A DNA stretch of 64,000 nt from the human T2T-CHM13v2.0 reference genome, Homo sapiens, in NCBI RefSeq assembly GCF_009914755.1, contig NC_060938.1; one strand, given 5' to 3'. The position numbers and the translations under genes are program-made. The notes under the pieces were generated by a model. The model was given only the letters and a program-made list of their open reading frames with translations, was not told the origin of the DNA and did not search any database. Below are positions 14,401-26,485 of the stretch, one piece after another; positions within the stretch are counted from its first letter, which is position 1, and each line of letters starts with the position of its first letter.

Positions 14401-17400
14401 GAATGCTTCTGAGTAGTTTTTATGTGAAGATATTTGCTTTTCCACAATAGGCCTCAAAGGGCTCCAATTATCCACTTGCAGATTCTACAAAAGAGTGTTT
14501 CAAAACTGCTCAATCAAAAGAAAAGTTCAATTCTGTGAGATGAATTCACACATCCCAAAGGATTTTCTCAGAATGCTTCTGTGTAGTCTTTAAGTGAAGA
14601 TATTTGCTTTCACACAGTAGACCTCAAAGGCTCCAAATATAAACCTACCGATTCTGCAAAAAGACAGATTCAAAACTGCTCAATCAAAAGAAAGGTTCAA
14701 CTCTGTGAGATGAATGCACACATCACAAAGAAGTTTCTCATAATGCTTCTGTGTAGTTTTTATCTGAAGATAGTTGCTTTTCCATAGTAGGCCTCAAAGC
14801 GCTCCAAATATCCACTTGCAGATTCTACAAAAAGACAAATTCTAAACTTCTCAATGAGAAGATAAGTTCAACTCTGTGAGTTGAATGCACACCTCACAAA
14901 GAAGTTTCTCAGAATGCTTCTGTGTAGTTTTTATTTGAAGTTATTTGCTTTTCCAAAATAGTCCTCAAAGCTCTCCAAATATCCACTTTCAGATTCTGCA
15001 AAAAGAGAGATTCAAAACTGCTCAGTCAAAAGGTAGTTCAGCGTTGGGAGTTGAATGCACACATCACAAAGAAGTTTCTCAGAATGCTTCTGTGTTTTTT
15101 TTATGTGAACATATTTGATTTTCCACAGTAGGCCTCAAAGGGCTGCAAATATCCACTTGCAGATTCTACAAAAAGAGAGATTCAAAACTGCTCAATCAAA
15201 ATATAGGTTCAAATCTGTGAGTTTAATGCACACATCACATAGAACTTTCTCAGAATTCTTCTGTGTGGTTTTTATTTGAAGATATGTCCTTTACCATCAT
15301 AGGTCCCAAAAGGCTCCAAATAGCCACTTGCAGATTCTACAAAGAGAGAGATTCTAAACTGCATAATCAAAAGATAGGTTCAACTCTGTGAGTTGAATGC
15401 ACACATCACAAAGAAGTTTCTCAGAATGCTTATGAGTAGTTTTTATGTGAAGATATTTCTTTTTCCACAATACGCCACAGAGGGCTCCAATTAACCACTT
15501 GCAGATTCTACAAAAAGAGTGTTTCAAAACTGCTCAATAAAACGAAATGTTCAACTCTGTGAAATGAATGCACACATCACAAAGAAGTTTCTCTGAATGC
15601 TTCTGTGTAGTTTTTATGAGAAGATATTTCCTTTTCCACAATAGTCCTCTAGGGGCTCCAAATATCCCCTGCAGATCCTACAAAAAGAGTTTCAAAACTG
15701 CTCAATGAAATTAAAGGTTCAACTCTGTGAGATGAATGCACACATCACAGAGAAGTTTCTCAGAATGCTTCTGTGTAGTTTTTGTGTGAAGATATTTGCT
15801 TTTCCACATTAGACCTGAAAGCACTCCAATTATCCACTTGCAGATACTGCAAAAAGAGAGATTCAAAACTGCTCAATTAAAAGATAGGTTCAACTCTGTG
15901 AGTTGAATGCACACATCACAAAGAAGTTTCTCAGAATGCTTTTTTGTAGTTTTCATGTGAACATATTTGATTTTTTACAGTAGACCTCACAGCGCTCCAA
16001 ATATCCACTTGCAGATTCTACAAAAAGGGAGATTCAATACTGCTCAATCAAAGGACAGGTTCAACTCTGTGAGTTGAATGCACACATCACGAAGTAGTAT
16101 CTGAGAATGCTTCTGTGAAGTTGTTATATGAAGATATTTCCTTTTTTACCATAGGTCACAAAGGGCTCCAAATATCCACTTGCACATTCTACAAAAAGAG
16201 AGATTCTAAACTGGTCCATCAAAAGATAGGTTCATCTCTTTGAATTGAATGTACACATCACAAAGAAGTTTCTCAGATTGTTTCCGAGTAGTTTTTATGT
16301 GAAGATATTTCTTTTTCCACAATAGGCCTCAAAGGGCTCCAATTATTCACTTACAGATTCTACAAAAAGTGTATCAAAACTGCAGAATCAAAAGAAAGGT
16401 TCAACTCTCTGAGATGAATGCACACATCACAAAGAAGTTTCTCAGGATGCTTCTGTGTAGTTTTTATTTAAGGATATTTCCTTTTCCACCTTAGGCTGCA
16501 AAGGCTTCCAAATATCCACTTGCAGATTCTGCAAAAAGAGAGATTCAAAACTGCTCAATCAAAAGATAGGTTCAACTCTGTGAGTTGAATGTACGTATCC
16601 CAAAGTAGTTTCTCAGAATGTTTCTGTATAGTTTTTATGTGAAGATATTTCCTCTTCCACAGTAAGCCTCCAAGGGTCCAAATATCTACCTGCAGATTCT
16701 GCAAAAAGAGTGATTCAAAACAGCTCAATCAAAGATAGGTTCAACTCTGTGAGTTGAATGCATACATCACAAGGAAGTTTCTCTGAATGCTTCTGTGTAG
16801 TTTTTATGTGAAGATATTTGCTTTTCTACGGTCGGCCTCAAAGCGCTCCAATTTTCCACTTGCAGATTCTACAAAAAGACTGTTTCTAAACTGCTCAATC
16901 ATAAGATAGGTTCAACCCTGTGAGATGAATGCACACATCACAACGAAGTTTCTCAGAATGTTTCTGTGTAGTTTTTATCTGAAGATATTTCCTTTTCCAC
17001 CATAGGCCCCAAAGGGCTCCAAATATCCAATTGCAGAGTCTGCAAAAAGAGAGATTCAAACTGCTGAATCAAAAGATAGGTTCAACTCTGTGACTTGGAT
17101 ACAAACATCCCAAAGAAGTTTCTCAGGGAGCTTCTGTGTAGTTTTTATGTGAAGTTATTTGCTTTTCCACAGTAGGCCTCAAAGGGCTCCAAATATCCAC
17201 CTGCAGATTCTGCAAGAAGAGAGATTCAAAACTGCTCAATCAAAAAAATGTTCAACTCTGTGAGATGAATGCACACATCACAAAGACGTTTCTCAGAATG
17301 CTTCTGTGTAGTTTTTATGTGAAGATATTTCCTTTTCCACACTAGGCCTTAAAGGGCTGCAAATATCGACTTGCAGATTCTACAAAAGAGTGTTTCAAAA

Positions 17401-17808
17401 CGGCTCAATCAAAGGAAAGTTTCACCTCTGTGAAATGAATGCACACATCCCCAAATAGTTTCTCAGAATGCTTCTTTGTAGTTTTTATGTGAAGATATTT
17501 GCTTTGTCACAATAGGCCTCAAAGTGCTCCAAATATCCACTTGCAGATTCTACAAATAGAGTGTTTCAAAACTGCTCAATCAGAAGAATATGTCAACTCT
17601 GTGAGATGAAGGCTCACATCACAAAGAAGTTCCTCATAATGCTTCTGTGTAGTTTTTATGTGAAGAAATTTCCTTTTCCACAATAGGCCTCAAATCGCTC
17701 CAAATATCCACTTGCAGATTCTACAAAAACAGTGTTTTAAAACTGCTCAATCAAAAGAAATGTTCAACTCTGTGAGATGAATGCACACATCACAAGGAAG
17801 GTTCTCCG
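5431..17808 (-). repeat. Alpha satellite, layer 2 (distinct monomer class), about 72 divergent monomers
   Basis: Diagnostics change to TTCTGTGTAG, AAATATCCACTT, GAGAGATTCAAAA and AAAAGATAGGTT. No CENP-B boxes and no TE insertion were seen. Confidence 0.95.
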
Positions 17809-17810
17809 GA

Positions 17811-17940
17811 TGATGTCCGAATAGGAACAGCTCCAGTCTACAGCTCCCAGCGTGGGCGACGCAGAAGATCGGTGATTTCTGCATTTCCTTCTCAGGTTCT
17901 GTGTTCATCTCACTAGGGCATGCCAGACAGTGGGCCCAGG
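17811..17940 (+). mobile_element. L1PA 5' UTR stub (about the first 140 nt only)
   Basis: CCGAATAGGAACAGCTCCAGTCTACAGCTCCCAGCGTG...GTTCATCTCACTAGGG..TGCCAGACAGTGGG aligns with the L1 5' end at 42,174-42,304 in this window. Confidence 0.92.
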
Positions 17941-18872
17941 ACAAGTCTCTGCACCCCGGAAAGTGTGATCATGTTGACTGTTTCCCGACCTCTGTGGGGC
18001 CCCAGAAACTTCCAGGAATACATGGAAGACCAGCATTGTGTCGGTGCTCTCCTTTCCAGTTTTCAAACAGGCTATATTGGAGACTCCCCATTTTTCAGGA
18101 AACAGGAATTCTTCGTCAGGACCTGATGCATGGGACATTTCTTTTCTCTGTGGTTTTGCTCTCCTTGTCTACATGAAAATAAACGAGATCCACACACCTG
18201 CGTGTGTGAGACTACGGCAACTGTGACACCCAAGCGCTGGCTAAGAGTTGGCAGCCTGATCCCGGCACAAAAGTTCTGACGGACATCCAGACACACCCCA
18301 CCACAGTCACTAGCAAACCCACTCCCAAACACACAGACACACACGGGCGCACGCGCGGGAACACAAGCACACACACAGACACACAAAGACACAGACAGCT
18401 TGAAGAACAAGGGACAGAGAGATGGAGAGATAGAAACGGAAGGAGAGTGAGAAACAGCGATCGAGAGAAAGACAGAGAAGAACTGGGGAGATTGAGAGAG
18501 AGAGCACGCAAGGTGGAGAGGGAAGTAGAGAAAAGGAGTGGGTGAGGGAGCTAGAGAGGGGGAGCAACAGAGCCTTGGAGAGGGAGGCTCTGCTCTGGTA
18601 GATAGGGGCCCCCTTGGCGAGGGTAGGGTCGAGGGTACCTGGGCCGGGCTGGAAGAGGTGGGCAGGGCTGCCCACGCGGGAAAACCAACAGAGCCATGAG
18701 ACATGTTTTTACTTGGATTGGTTGGTTGCTTTGGGTGTGAGCTTCCTAGCGTCATTCCTTTGTTGGCTCCTCCTATCCTCTTGGTGCTGTGGGCCCTGAA
18801 AGTTGTAGAGTGCTCCTGCCTATGGCGGAAGCAGTGGCGCCGAGCCTGCTCACGGGACGTGGCTTGGGTCTG
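17941..18872 (+). repeat. Diverged D4Z4-related (LSau / 3.3-kb repeat family) fragment with CA- and GA-rich tracts, no DUX homeobox
   Basis: 17,941-18,235 matches recalled D4Z4 sequence upstream of DUX4 (AGACTCCCCA, TCGTCAGG, TCTACATGAAAATAAACGAGATCCACACACCTGCGTGTGTGAGAC versus D4Z4 TCTACGTGGAAATGAACGAGAGCCACACGCCTGCGTGTGCGAGAC). The remainder is GC-rich low-complexity sequence, and its assignment to the same unit is less certain. Confidence 0.75.
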
Positions 18873-20003
18873 TCTTAGGTTTGTCTTTGTGAGGCGATTT
18901 TCTAGATCCTCCCCTGCCTCTTTCTCTACATCTTCTTTAAAACCAATAACTCTTAGATCTGTCTTTGTGAGGTTATTTTCTAGATCCTGTAGGCATGATT
19001 TGTTGTTTTATTCTGTTTCTTTTGTCTCTTCTATGTATTTTTAAAGAGCCTGTCTTCTTTGCTTGATGCATTCTGCTATTACATGGCTCTAATGCATTCT
19101 TCAGCATGCCAACTGTATTTTTCAGCTCCAGAATTTCTGCTTAATTCGCTGTAACTATTTCAATCTCTTTGTTGAGTTTAGCTGATAAAATTTGGAATTT
19201 CTTTACTTTGTTACCTTAAATTTCTTTCAGTTTTTTTTTTTTAATACAGCTATTTTGAATTCTCTGTCTGAAAGGTCACATATCTCTTTTTCTCCAGGAT
19301 TTGTCCCTGGTACCTTATTTAGTTCACTTGGTGAGGTCATGTTTTCCTGGATGGTGTTGATGCTAGTAGATGTTCTTCAGTGTCTGGACATTAAAATCTT
19401 GGGCATGTAGCACCATATGAGAGGTTTAAAAAATAAAATTTAAAAAGAGTATAGGTGAGTATTTATTGTAGTCTTCACTGTCTGTGCTTATTTGTAGCTG
19501 TCTTTCTTGGGAAGGCTTTTCACATATTTGAAAAGACTTGGGTGTTGTGATCTAAGCCATGTCTGCTTTATGGGGCACCTTATACCCAATAATGCAGTAA
19601 TTCTTCCAGACTCAGAGAAGTACCACCTTGACAGCCTTCAACAAGATCCAGGAGAATTTTCTGGATTACTAGCCAGAGACTTTTTCCCTACCCTTATTTT
19701 CTCTCAAAGATACAGAGTCTTTCTCTCTATTCTAAGCCACCTAAAGCTGGGAGAAGAAAGACACAAGCACCCCTGGCCACCACCACTATGACTGCCCTGG
19801 ATCAGACCTGAAGCTAGCACAGCACAGGGTCTTGCTCAAGTTCTGCTGCATGCACTTTCTGACGACTGCCTATGTTCACTCAAGGCCTTTGGTCTCTACA
19901 ATTAGCAGGTGGCAAAGCCAGACAGTCCTGTGTTCTTTTCTTTAGGGCAGTGAGATCCCTCAGTCCCTGGCTGGGTCCAGAAGAGCCATTCAGAAGTCAG
20001 GGC
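18873..20003 (-). mobile_element. Old L1 (L1MA/L1PB-type) 5' UTR and ORF1 fragment
   Basis: Reverse complement aligns to the element at ~32.4-32.95 kb, e.g. GGTGAGGTCATGTTTTCCTGGATGG and CCAATAACTCTTAGAT. Confidence 0.8.
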
Positions 20004-22277
20004 TTTGGCCACTTTTTAATAGGGTTTTTTGTTTATCTCTTGTAAATTTAAGTTCCTTATATTGAATATTAGATCTTTGTCAGATACATAGTTTGTAAAT
20101 ATTTTTTCTCATTCTATATGTTGTCTGTTCACTCTATTGATAATTTCTTTTGCTGAGTGGAAGCTTTTAAGTTTAATTAGATCCTACTTGTCAATAGTTG
20201 CATTTGTTGTTTTTGGTGTCTTTATCATGAAATCTTTGCCTGTTTCTACATCCAGGATGGTATTGCCTAGGTTGCCTTCCAGGGCTTTTATAGTTTTGGG
20301 TTTTACATTTAAGTATTTAACCCATCTTGGATTGATTTCTGCATATGGTATAAGGAAGAAGTCCAACTTCAATCTTCTGCATATGGCTAGCCAGTTATTC
20401 CAGCATCATTTATTGAATAGGGAATCTTTTCCCCATTGCTTGTTTTTCACAGCTTTGTCAAAGATTAGATAGCTGTAGGTATGTGGTCTTATTTCTAACT
20501 TCTCTATTCTGTTCCATTGGTGGATGTGTCTGTTTTTGTGCTAGTACTATGCTGCTTTGGTTACTATAGTGCTATAGTATAGTCTGAAGTCGGGTAATGT
20601 GATGCCTCAAGCTTTGTTCTTTTTGCTTAGGATTGCCTTAGCTACTTAGATTCTTTCTTGGTTCTATATGAATTTCTAAATAGCTTTTTTCTACTTCCAT
20701 GAATCATGTCATTGGTAGTTTAATAGGAATAGCTTTAGGCGGTACAACTATTTAAATTATGTTAATTCTTTCTCTCCATTAACATGGAATGATTTTTCAT
20801 TTGTTTATGTCTTCTCTGACTTCTTTGAGCAGTGTTTTGTAATTTTCATTGTAGAGATTTTTCAACTCCCTGGTTAGCTGTATTCGTACATGTTTTATTC
20901 TTTTTGTGGAAATTGTGAATAAAATTGCCTCTCTGATTTGGCTCTTAGTTTGACTCTTCTTGGTGTATAGGAATGCTAGCAAATTTTGTACATTGATTTT
21001 GTGTCCTGAAACTTTGTGGAAGTTGTTTATCAGCTTAAAGAGCTTTTGGGTCACAACTATAGGGTTTAGATAGAGAATTATGTTGTCTGCAAACACATAT
21101 AGTTGGACTTCCCTTTCTATTTAAATATGTTTCATTTCTTTCTCTTGTCTGATTGCTCCAGAAAGGACTTCTAATACTATGTTGAATAGGAGTAGTGAGA
21201 GAGGGCATCCTTGTCTTGTGTGGGTTTCAAGGAGAATGCGTCCAGATTTTGCCCATTTAGTATAATGTTGGCTGTGAGTTTGTCATAGGTGGCCTTTATT
21301 ATTTTGAGGTATGTTCTTTCGATACTTCATTTATTGAGAATTTTTAACATGAAGGTTTGTTGAATTTTACTGAAAGCCTTTTCTGCATCTGTTGAGACAA
21401 TCACCTGGTTCTTATCTTTAGTTCTATTTATGTTACGTATCGCATTTTATTGATTTGCCCATGATGGACCAACTTTTCATTCCAGGGAAGAAGCTTAGTT
21501 CACTATGGTGAATTAGCCTTTTGATGTGTTGCTAAATTCAGTTTGCAAATATTTTGTTGTACATTATTGAATGGATGTTCATCAAGGATACTGGCCTGAA
21601 GTTTTCTTTTTTTGTTGTGTCACTTCCAGGCGTTGGTATCAGGATGATTCTGGTCTCATAGAACAAGCTGGGGAAGAGTCCCTCCTCCTGTATTTCTTGA
21701 AATAGTTTTAGTAGGACTAGTAGTGGCTCTTCTTTGTACATCTGTTAAAATTTGTTAATCTATCAGGTCCTGGGCTTTTGGGGGGGGGGTTGGTAGGCTA
21801 TTTATTATGGATTCAATTTTTGGAGCTCATAATTGGTCTGTTCAGAGACTAAATTTCTTCCTGGTTCAGTCTTGAGAGAGTCTATGTGTCCAGGAATTTA
21901 TTCATCTCTTCTGGGGTTTCTACTTTGTGTGTGTAGAGGTGTTCATAGTAGTTGCTGGTTGTTATTTTTATTTCTCTGGGGTCAGTGGTAACATTCCCTT
22001 CATCATTTCTAATTTTGTTTATTTGAATCTTTTCTCTTTTCTTCTTTATTAGTCTAGCTAGTGCCCTATCTATCTTATTATTTTTTTCATAAAACCTTGA
22101 TTAAGTGATCTTTTGAACAGTTTTTCTTGTCTCAATTTCTTTCAGTTCAGCTCTGATTGCAGTTATTTCTTGTCTTCTATAAGCTTTGTGATTGAGTTCT
22201 TCTTGCTTCTCTAATTCTTTCAGTTGTGATGTTAGGTGGTTAATTTGAGATCTTTCTAACTTTTTGATATGGGCATT
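20004..22277 (-). mobile_element. Older L1P ORF2 fragment (decayed)
   Basis: Minus-strand ORF fragments translate to ORF2p-like peptides: FADNIILYL (RT FADD region), [30 protein letters not shown]. Confidence 0.9.
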
Positions 22278-23205
22278 ACTTCTTATGCCCTACTCTAACT
22301 TTTCTCCTTCTCCTAGAAAACTCAGAACTATGCTTTCTAAACCAATAGAAACTTTCTCACCGAATCAACCTAGTCCCCCTGAGGCAAAGTTAGCAATTTT
22401 CCATTACACACGGTTCTCTTTCTCTGTAAGAATATCTAATGCAACAATGCAAGTGTTTCTTTCCCTCCTGGTAATGCGGGGAACTCCTTTTGGCTGAGAC
22501 CAAGACTTAAAACCTTGTTCTCTCAACATTAATGAAGATCTATTTAGAAAGCCTCCATTTTTACAGAAAAGATATATAAACACCAATGAAAATAAATATA
22601 AAATTATATGACATACAATTATAGTGTGGAAAGACTGAATAAATAAGTGAACTAAGCTCTAAGAAAAAAAGATGATGATATAAAATGATATAGAAGTAAA
22701 ACCCTTGGCTGATATAGCATAATTAATGTATCAGTAAATTATGTACATTGTAGAAGTGGCAGGAAGACAGCATAGAGAGTGAGACCTGACCAGAAGCTTT
22801 AAGTAAAGTTCTATACCCTTAAACGAGATTAAAGTGGACTCAGGAAAACATGGTCCACATGAGGAGAAGGACATATGTTCCAGACGAGCCAAATCTCAGA
22901 GCATCTCTAACTTCTCCAGGAGGAAAGGGGAGGCAAAGCAGCAGGCAGAAGACAGCACGGCCAGGTCGGCATAGGGCACGCAGACCAAAATAGCTGAGCT
23001 CCATCGTACAGGTAGTCAGGAGCCACTGCCAGGTGGGCTTTATTCATTAGTTTGTTTTGTTTTCTTTAGTAAATAGGACACATAATCAAAGTTGACCTTT
23101 GTAAGTATTGCTGCAGCTGAACATAATAAGATGGATAAAACCAGTGTTTTAAAAATTATGTTGTATAGAGCACTAGCCCCAGAGAGATATTAGTGGAACA
23201 CAGAG

Positions 23206-23210
<5 letters not shown>

Positions 23211-23250
<40 letters not shown>
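23211..23250. repeat. (CA)20 microsatellite
   Basis: Perfect CA dinucleotide run. Confidence 0.98.
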
Positions 23251-23258
<8 letters not shown>

Positions 23259-23449
23259 GAGCCCAGATTATTCTGGCAAATGCTGGGTTAAGCAAACTAA
23301 AAGAAACATCTTTAGTTCTGGACTTCTCAGAACCTGGAATGTGGCTATGTGACTCATAAAATAACAAGGTTAAGACAGAGAATGTCATTTTTTTTCCCAG
23401 AAATGTTGAAACACTTTCTTTCCCTTGGCTTCAGTGTCACCTTCTTTCT

Positions 23450-23660
23450 TTTTTTTTATGATTTTTTTAAATTATTATACTTTTAAGTTTTAGGGTACAT
23501 GTGCACATTGTGCAGGTTAGTTACATATGTATACATGTGCCATGCCGGTGCGCTGCACCCACTAACTCTTCATCTAGCATTAGGTATATCTCCCGATGCT
23601 ATCCCTCCCCCCTCCCCCCACCCCACAACAGTCCCCAGAGTGTGATATTCCCCTTCCTGT
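23450..23660 (-). mobile_element. Short 5'-truncated young L1PA (L1PA2/3-like) 3' UTR insertion with TSD
   Basis: T-rich tail followed by reverse-complement L1 3' UTR with GAG-type (not L1HS ACA) diagnostic. TSD GTGTCACCTTCTTTCT at 23,434-23,449 and 23,659-23,674. Confidence 0.95.
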
Positions 23661-24847
23661 GTCACCTTCTTTCTCGTGGTTCTCCAACCACCTCTTTGGC
23701 TGCTCCTTCTTGATTTCCTTTTTGACAATCTGCTGCTGCTCAGCCATTCTCTTTTCATTCCACGTGGATTTCTCAAGTTTGTTTCTATTCCTGCAGATTA
23801 AATTTTCCTCGTTTTTCCTGAAAACTCTCCTTGTCTGACCCTCCCCACTTCTAAGGCAGGTGTTCCATCTGTGTGCACTTTTGGCATCCTGGGATGCTCC
23901 CAGCATGTTCCCTGTCACACTCCATCAGGTGTTCTCTGCAGACTCTGCGAGGGCAGCAGCCTTGTCTCCACCATCCCTTCAATGCTCAGCATGTAACACA
24001 GAAGCTGACTCCATAACATTTAGTTGGCCAACTGAGACTAAATATGTGTTCCTCTAGATCTTAAAAAGTTACAGAAACATAGCACAATGGACAAAGAAAT
24101 TCTCTTTAGTCAGGAGTTCTCCATATATGTATAAGAGTTTGAAGTCATTATTAAACAACGTGAAACAGAAACTGTCACAGAATTCCCTAAATTATTTTGC
24201 TTTAATCTTCAATTCATCATGTGAGATAATCATGACCATGTGTTATTGTAAATATTTCTAGCTTACGACACAATAACCTGATTTTTATTGTTTGAAATAA
24301 CCGTAATATAAATCAGTTAATTAAAAATGGCATAAATAATCCTTTCAAATAAAATTCTGCCAAATTTTACATTACTCATATGTTCAAATGATAATGAGCT
24401 CATAGGCTTTTCCAATACCTCAGTCAAAACATTGTACTGATTCCAGCTGTGGGAATAGTATCGGAAAGTTATTTTACAGATGGGGAAAAGGTACCTATGT
24501 GACGTTGGCCTTTGCACTACTGTGCCCTTTTGGGTCAGGAAAAAGCTGTTCCCTTAAAATCCTAAAATCTCTTCTGTCAGGTCTAAAGGGTGAATAGGAA
24601 ACATAGTTTTTAAAATTTTAGCCACAGGTGTTTTATTCCTTGCTTAAAGCAGTGACTAGATAAAAGCCACTAGAAGAGTGTCCAATGTTTCTTTAGAAGT
24701 GTGTGCCTGAGAATATCTTCCTGAAACACTCCCTTGTCTCTGCCCAAAATCACCTTAGGTAGGAAAGTTAAAACTCAGCAGGCTGAGGAGATCCAAGGGG
24801 ATCACTGAGCTCTGAGGCTTATGAGAGAAGAGAGAGAAGTCTAAGAC

Positions 24848-25368
24848 TTTTTGTGTATAAATTTATGGGTTCCAAGTGCAATTTTGCTGTAAGCATGGAT
24901 GGCATAGTGGTGAAGTCAGGGCTTTTAGGTATCCATCACCGGAATAATGCACATTGTACCCATTAAGTAATTTCTCACTGTTCACCCCTTCCATCCCTTC
25001 ACCCTTCTGAGTCTCCATTATCCTTCCACTCTCTACATCAATACCCTCACATCTTTTAGCACCCCCTTATGAGTGATAAAATACGATGTTTACTCTGTGT
25101 CTGGCTTGCTTCACTTACAACAATGGCCTCCAGTTCCACCCATGTGTCTGCAAAAATTATGATTCTATTGTTTTTTACTCCTGAATAGTATTTCATTGTG
25201 TATATTTTCTATATTTTCTTTTTCCAATCATTTGTTGATGGACATTTAGGTTGATTTTATATCTGTGCTACTGTGAATAGTGTTGCAACAAATATAAAAG
25301 TACAGTTATCTTTCTGATACATTGATTTTTTTCCTTTGCATAAATACTCAGCGGTGGGATTGCTGAAT
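24848..25368 (-). mobile_element. L1MA-type 3' end fragment
   Basis: GCATAGTGGTGAAGTCAGGGCTTTTAGG...ATGGCCTCCAGTTCCACCCATG...GATGGACATTTAGGTTGATT, typical of an old L1M 3' end. Confidence 0.8.
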
Positions 25369-25937
25369 CAGACAGAGCCAGTAGATGATCAGTAATGGTG
25401 GCCAATCATCAGCTAGAAACAAAGTACTTAGCAGGGCTTGAAAACACCAAAACTCTAAGACCACTGACCTTCAAAAACTTCAACAGCCCTGAGTGAAAAG
25501 TCCAAACACATTCATCTACCATTCAAAGACCCTTTATTGTCTCTCCTCTGCACATCTCAGTAGTCTCTTTTTACCACACTGTCTATATACTTCATGAGCC
25601 ATTTATATGAAACTATCTGACACTCCAAGGCATCTTATACTATATATTCAATCATGTATCCCTAGAAATTATCACAGTCCTGGCATATAGTTTGCTACTA
25701 AACATTTGCAGAATGAAGGAATTATCTTATATCCAGGTTCCAAGTTTTAAGGTGATTCTTCACTAAAAAAAAGTATTATAGCTCACAAATAGTCTACTCC
25801 CTTTTTTACAAGTGGGATCGATTTTAATCTTATCCCCTAATAACATTACTTTCATTTACTCCCATCTAAATATACTGTCCTAAGAGAGCAATAAGAAAGA
25901 GAGTTGAAGCTGGAGCTTGAATAATTGTACATGGTCC

Positions 25938-26485
25938 TGTGATACCCTACCTTGTTTTAACCTGAGTGACTCTCTTCTAGCGGAGAGAGAGCCGGACAGA
26001 CTCCATTTTAGTTTCTTCACGTGCAGCCCCCTTTACCTCCCTTCCTTAAGGGCATAACTAGTGTAAATTGACTCAAAGCACGACCAGGAATGCACTCACT
26101 ATTAAGATATTGAGGCAAGCTGCACCAGCAGCTCCTGGGGACGCGCTCGGTGAATGGCACCCAAAACCCCTGTATTTCTTTCTTTGTGATAGTTTAAGCC
26201 CCTGCACCTGGAATGGTTTATTTATTTATTTATTTATTTTGTAACTGCTTTTGTAACCAATTAATTTTTTTAACTGTTTGCTAGCTCTAGCTCTGCTTCT
26301 GTAAAAATTGCTTCAACTAAACTCCCCCCTCCCCTATTTAGACCACGGTATAAAAACAAAACCAGCCCCTTCCTCGGGGCCAAGAGAATTTTGAGCGTTA
26401 GCTGCCTCACGGTCGCTGGCTAATAAAGGACTCCTTAATTTTTCTCAAAGGGTGGCTTTCCTCTATAACTCGCTTGGTTACAACA
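25938..26485 (+). mobile_element. Solo ERV1 LTR, LTR6-like (HERV-S71 group)
   Basis: TG...CA termini (TGTGATACCC...TTACAACA), 4-bp TSD GTCC on both sides, TATAAAA at ~26,349 and AATAAA at ~26,422. Confidence 0.85.

Noticed and set aside
1-17808. Active centromeric HOR array or CENP-B boxes
   Set aside because: Monomers are highly divergent with no near-identical multimers, and the box position carries the pJalpha-type sequence rather than CTTCGTTGGAAACGGGA.
18072-18755. 227-aa minus-strand ORF and overlapping ORFs
   Set aside because: Low-complexity translation of CA/GA-rich tracts with no homeodomain or other recognisable domain.
22278-23200. Possible exon(s) of a duplicated gene in non-repetitive sequence
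   Set aside because: The short ORFs have no recognisable homology, so a call cannot be supported without a search.
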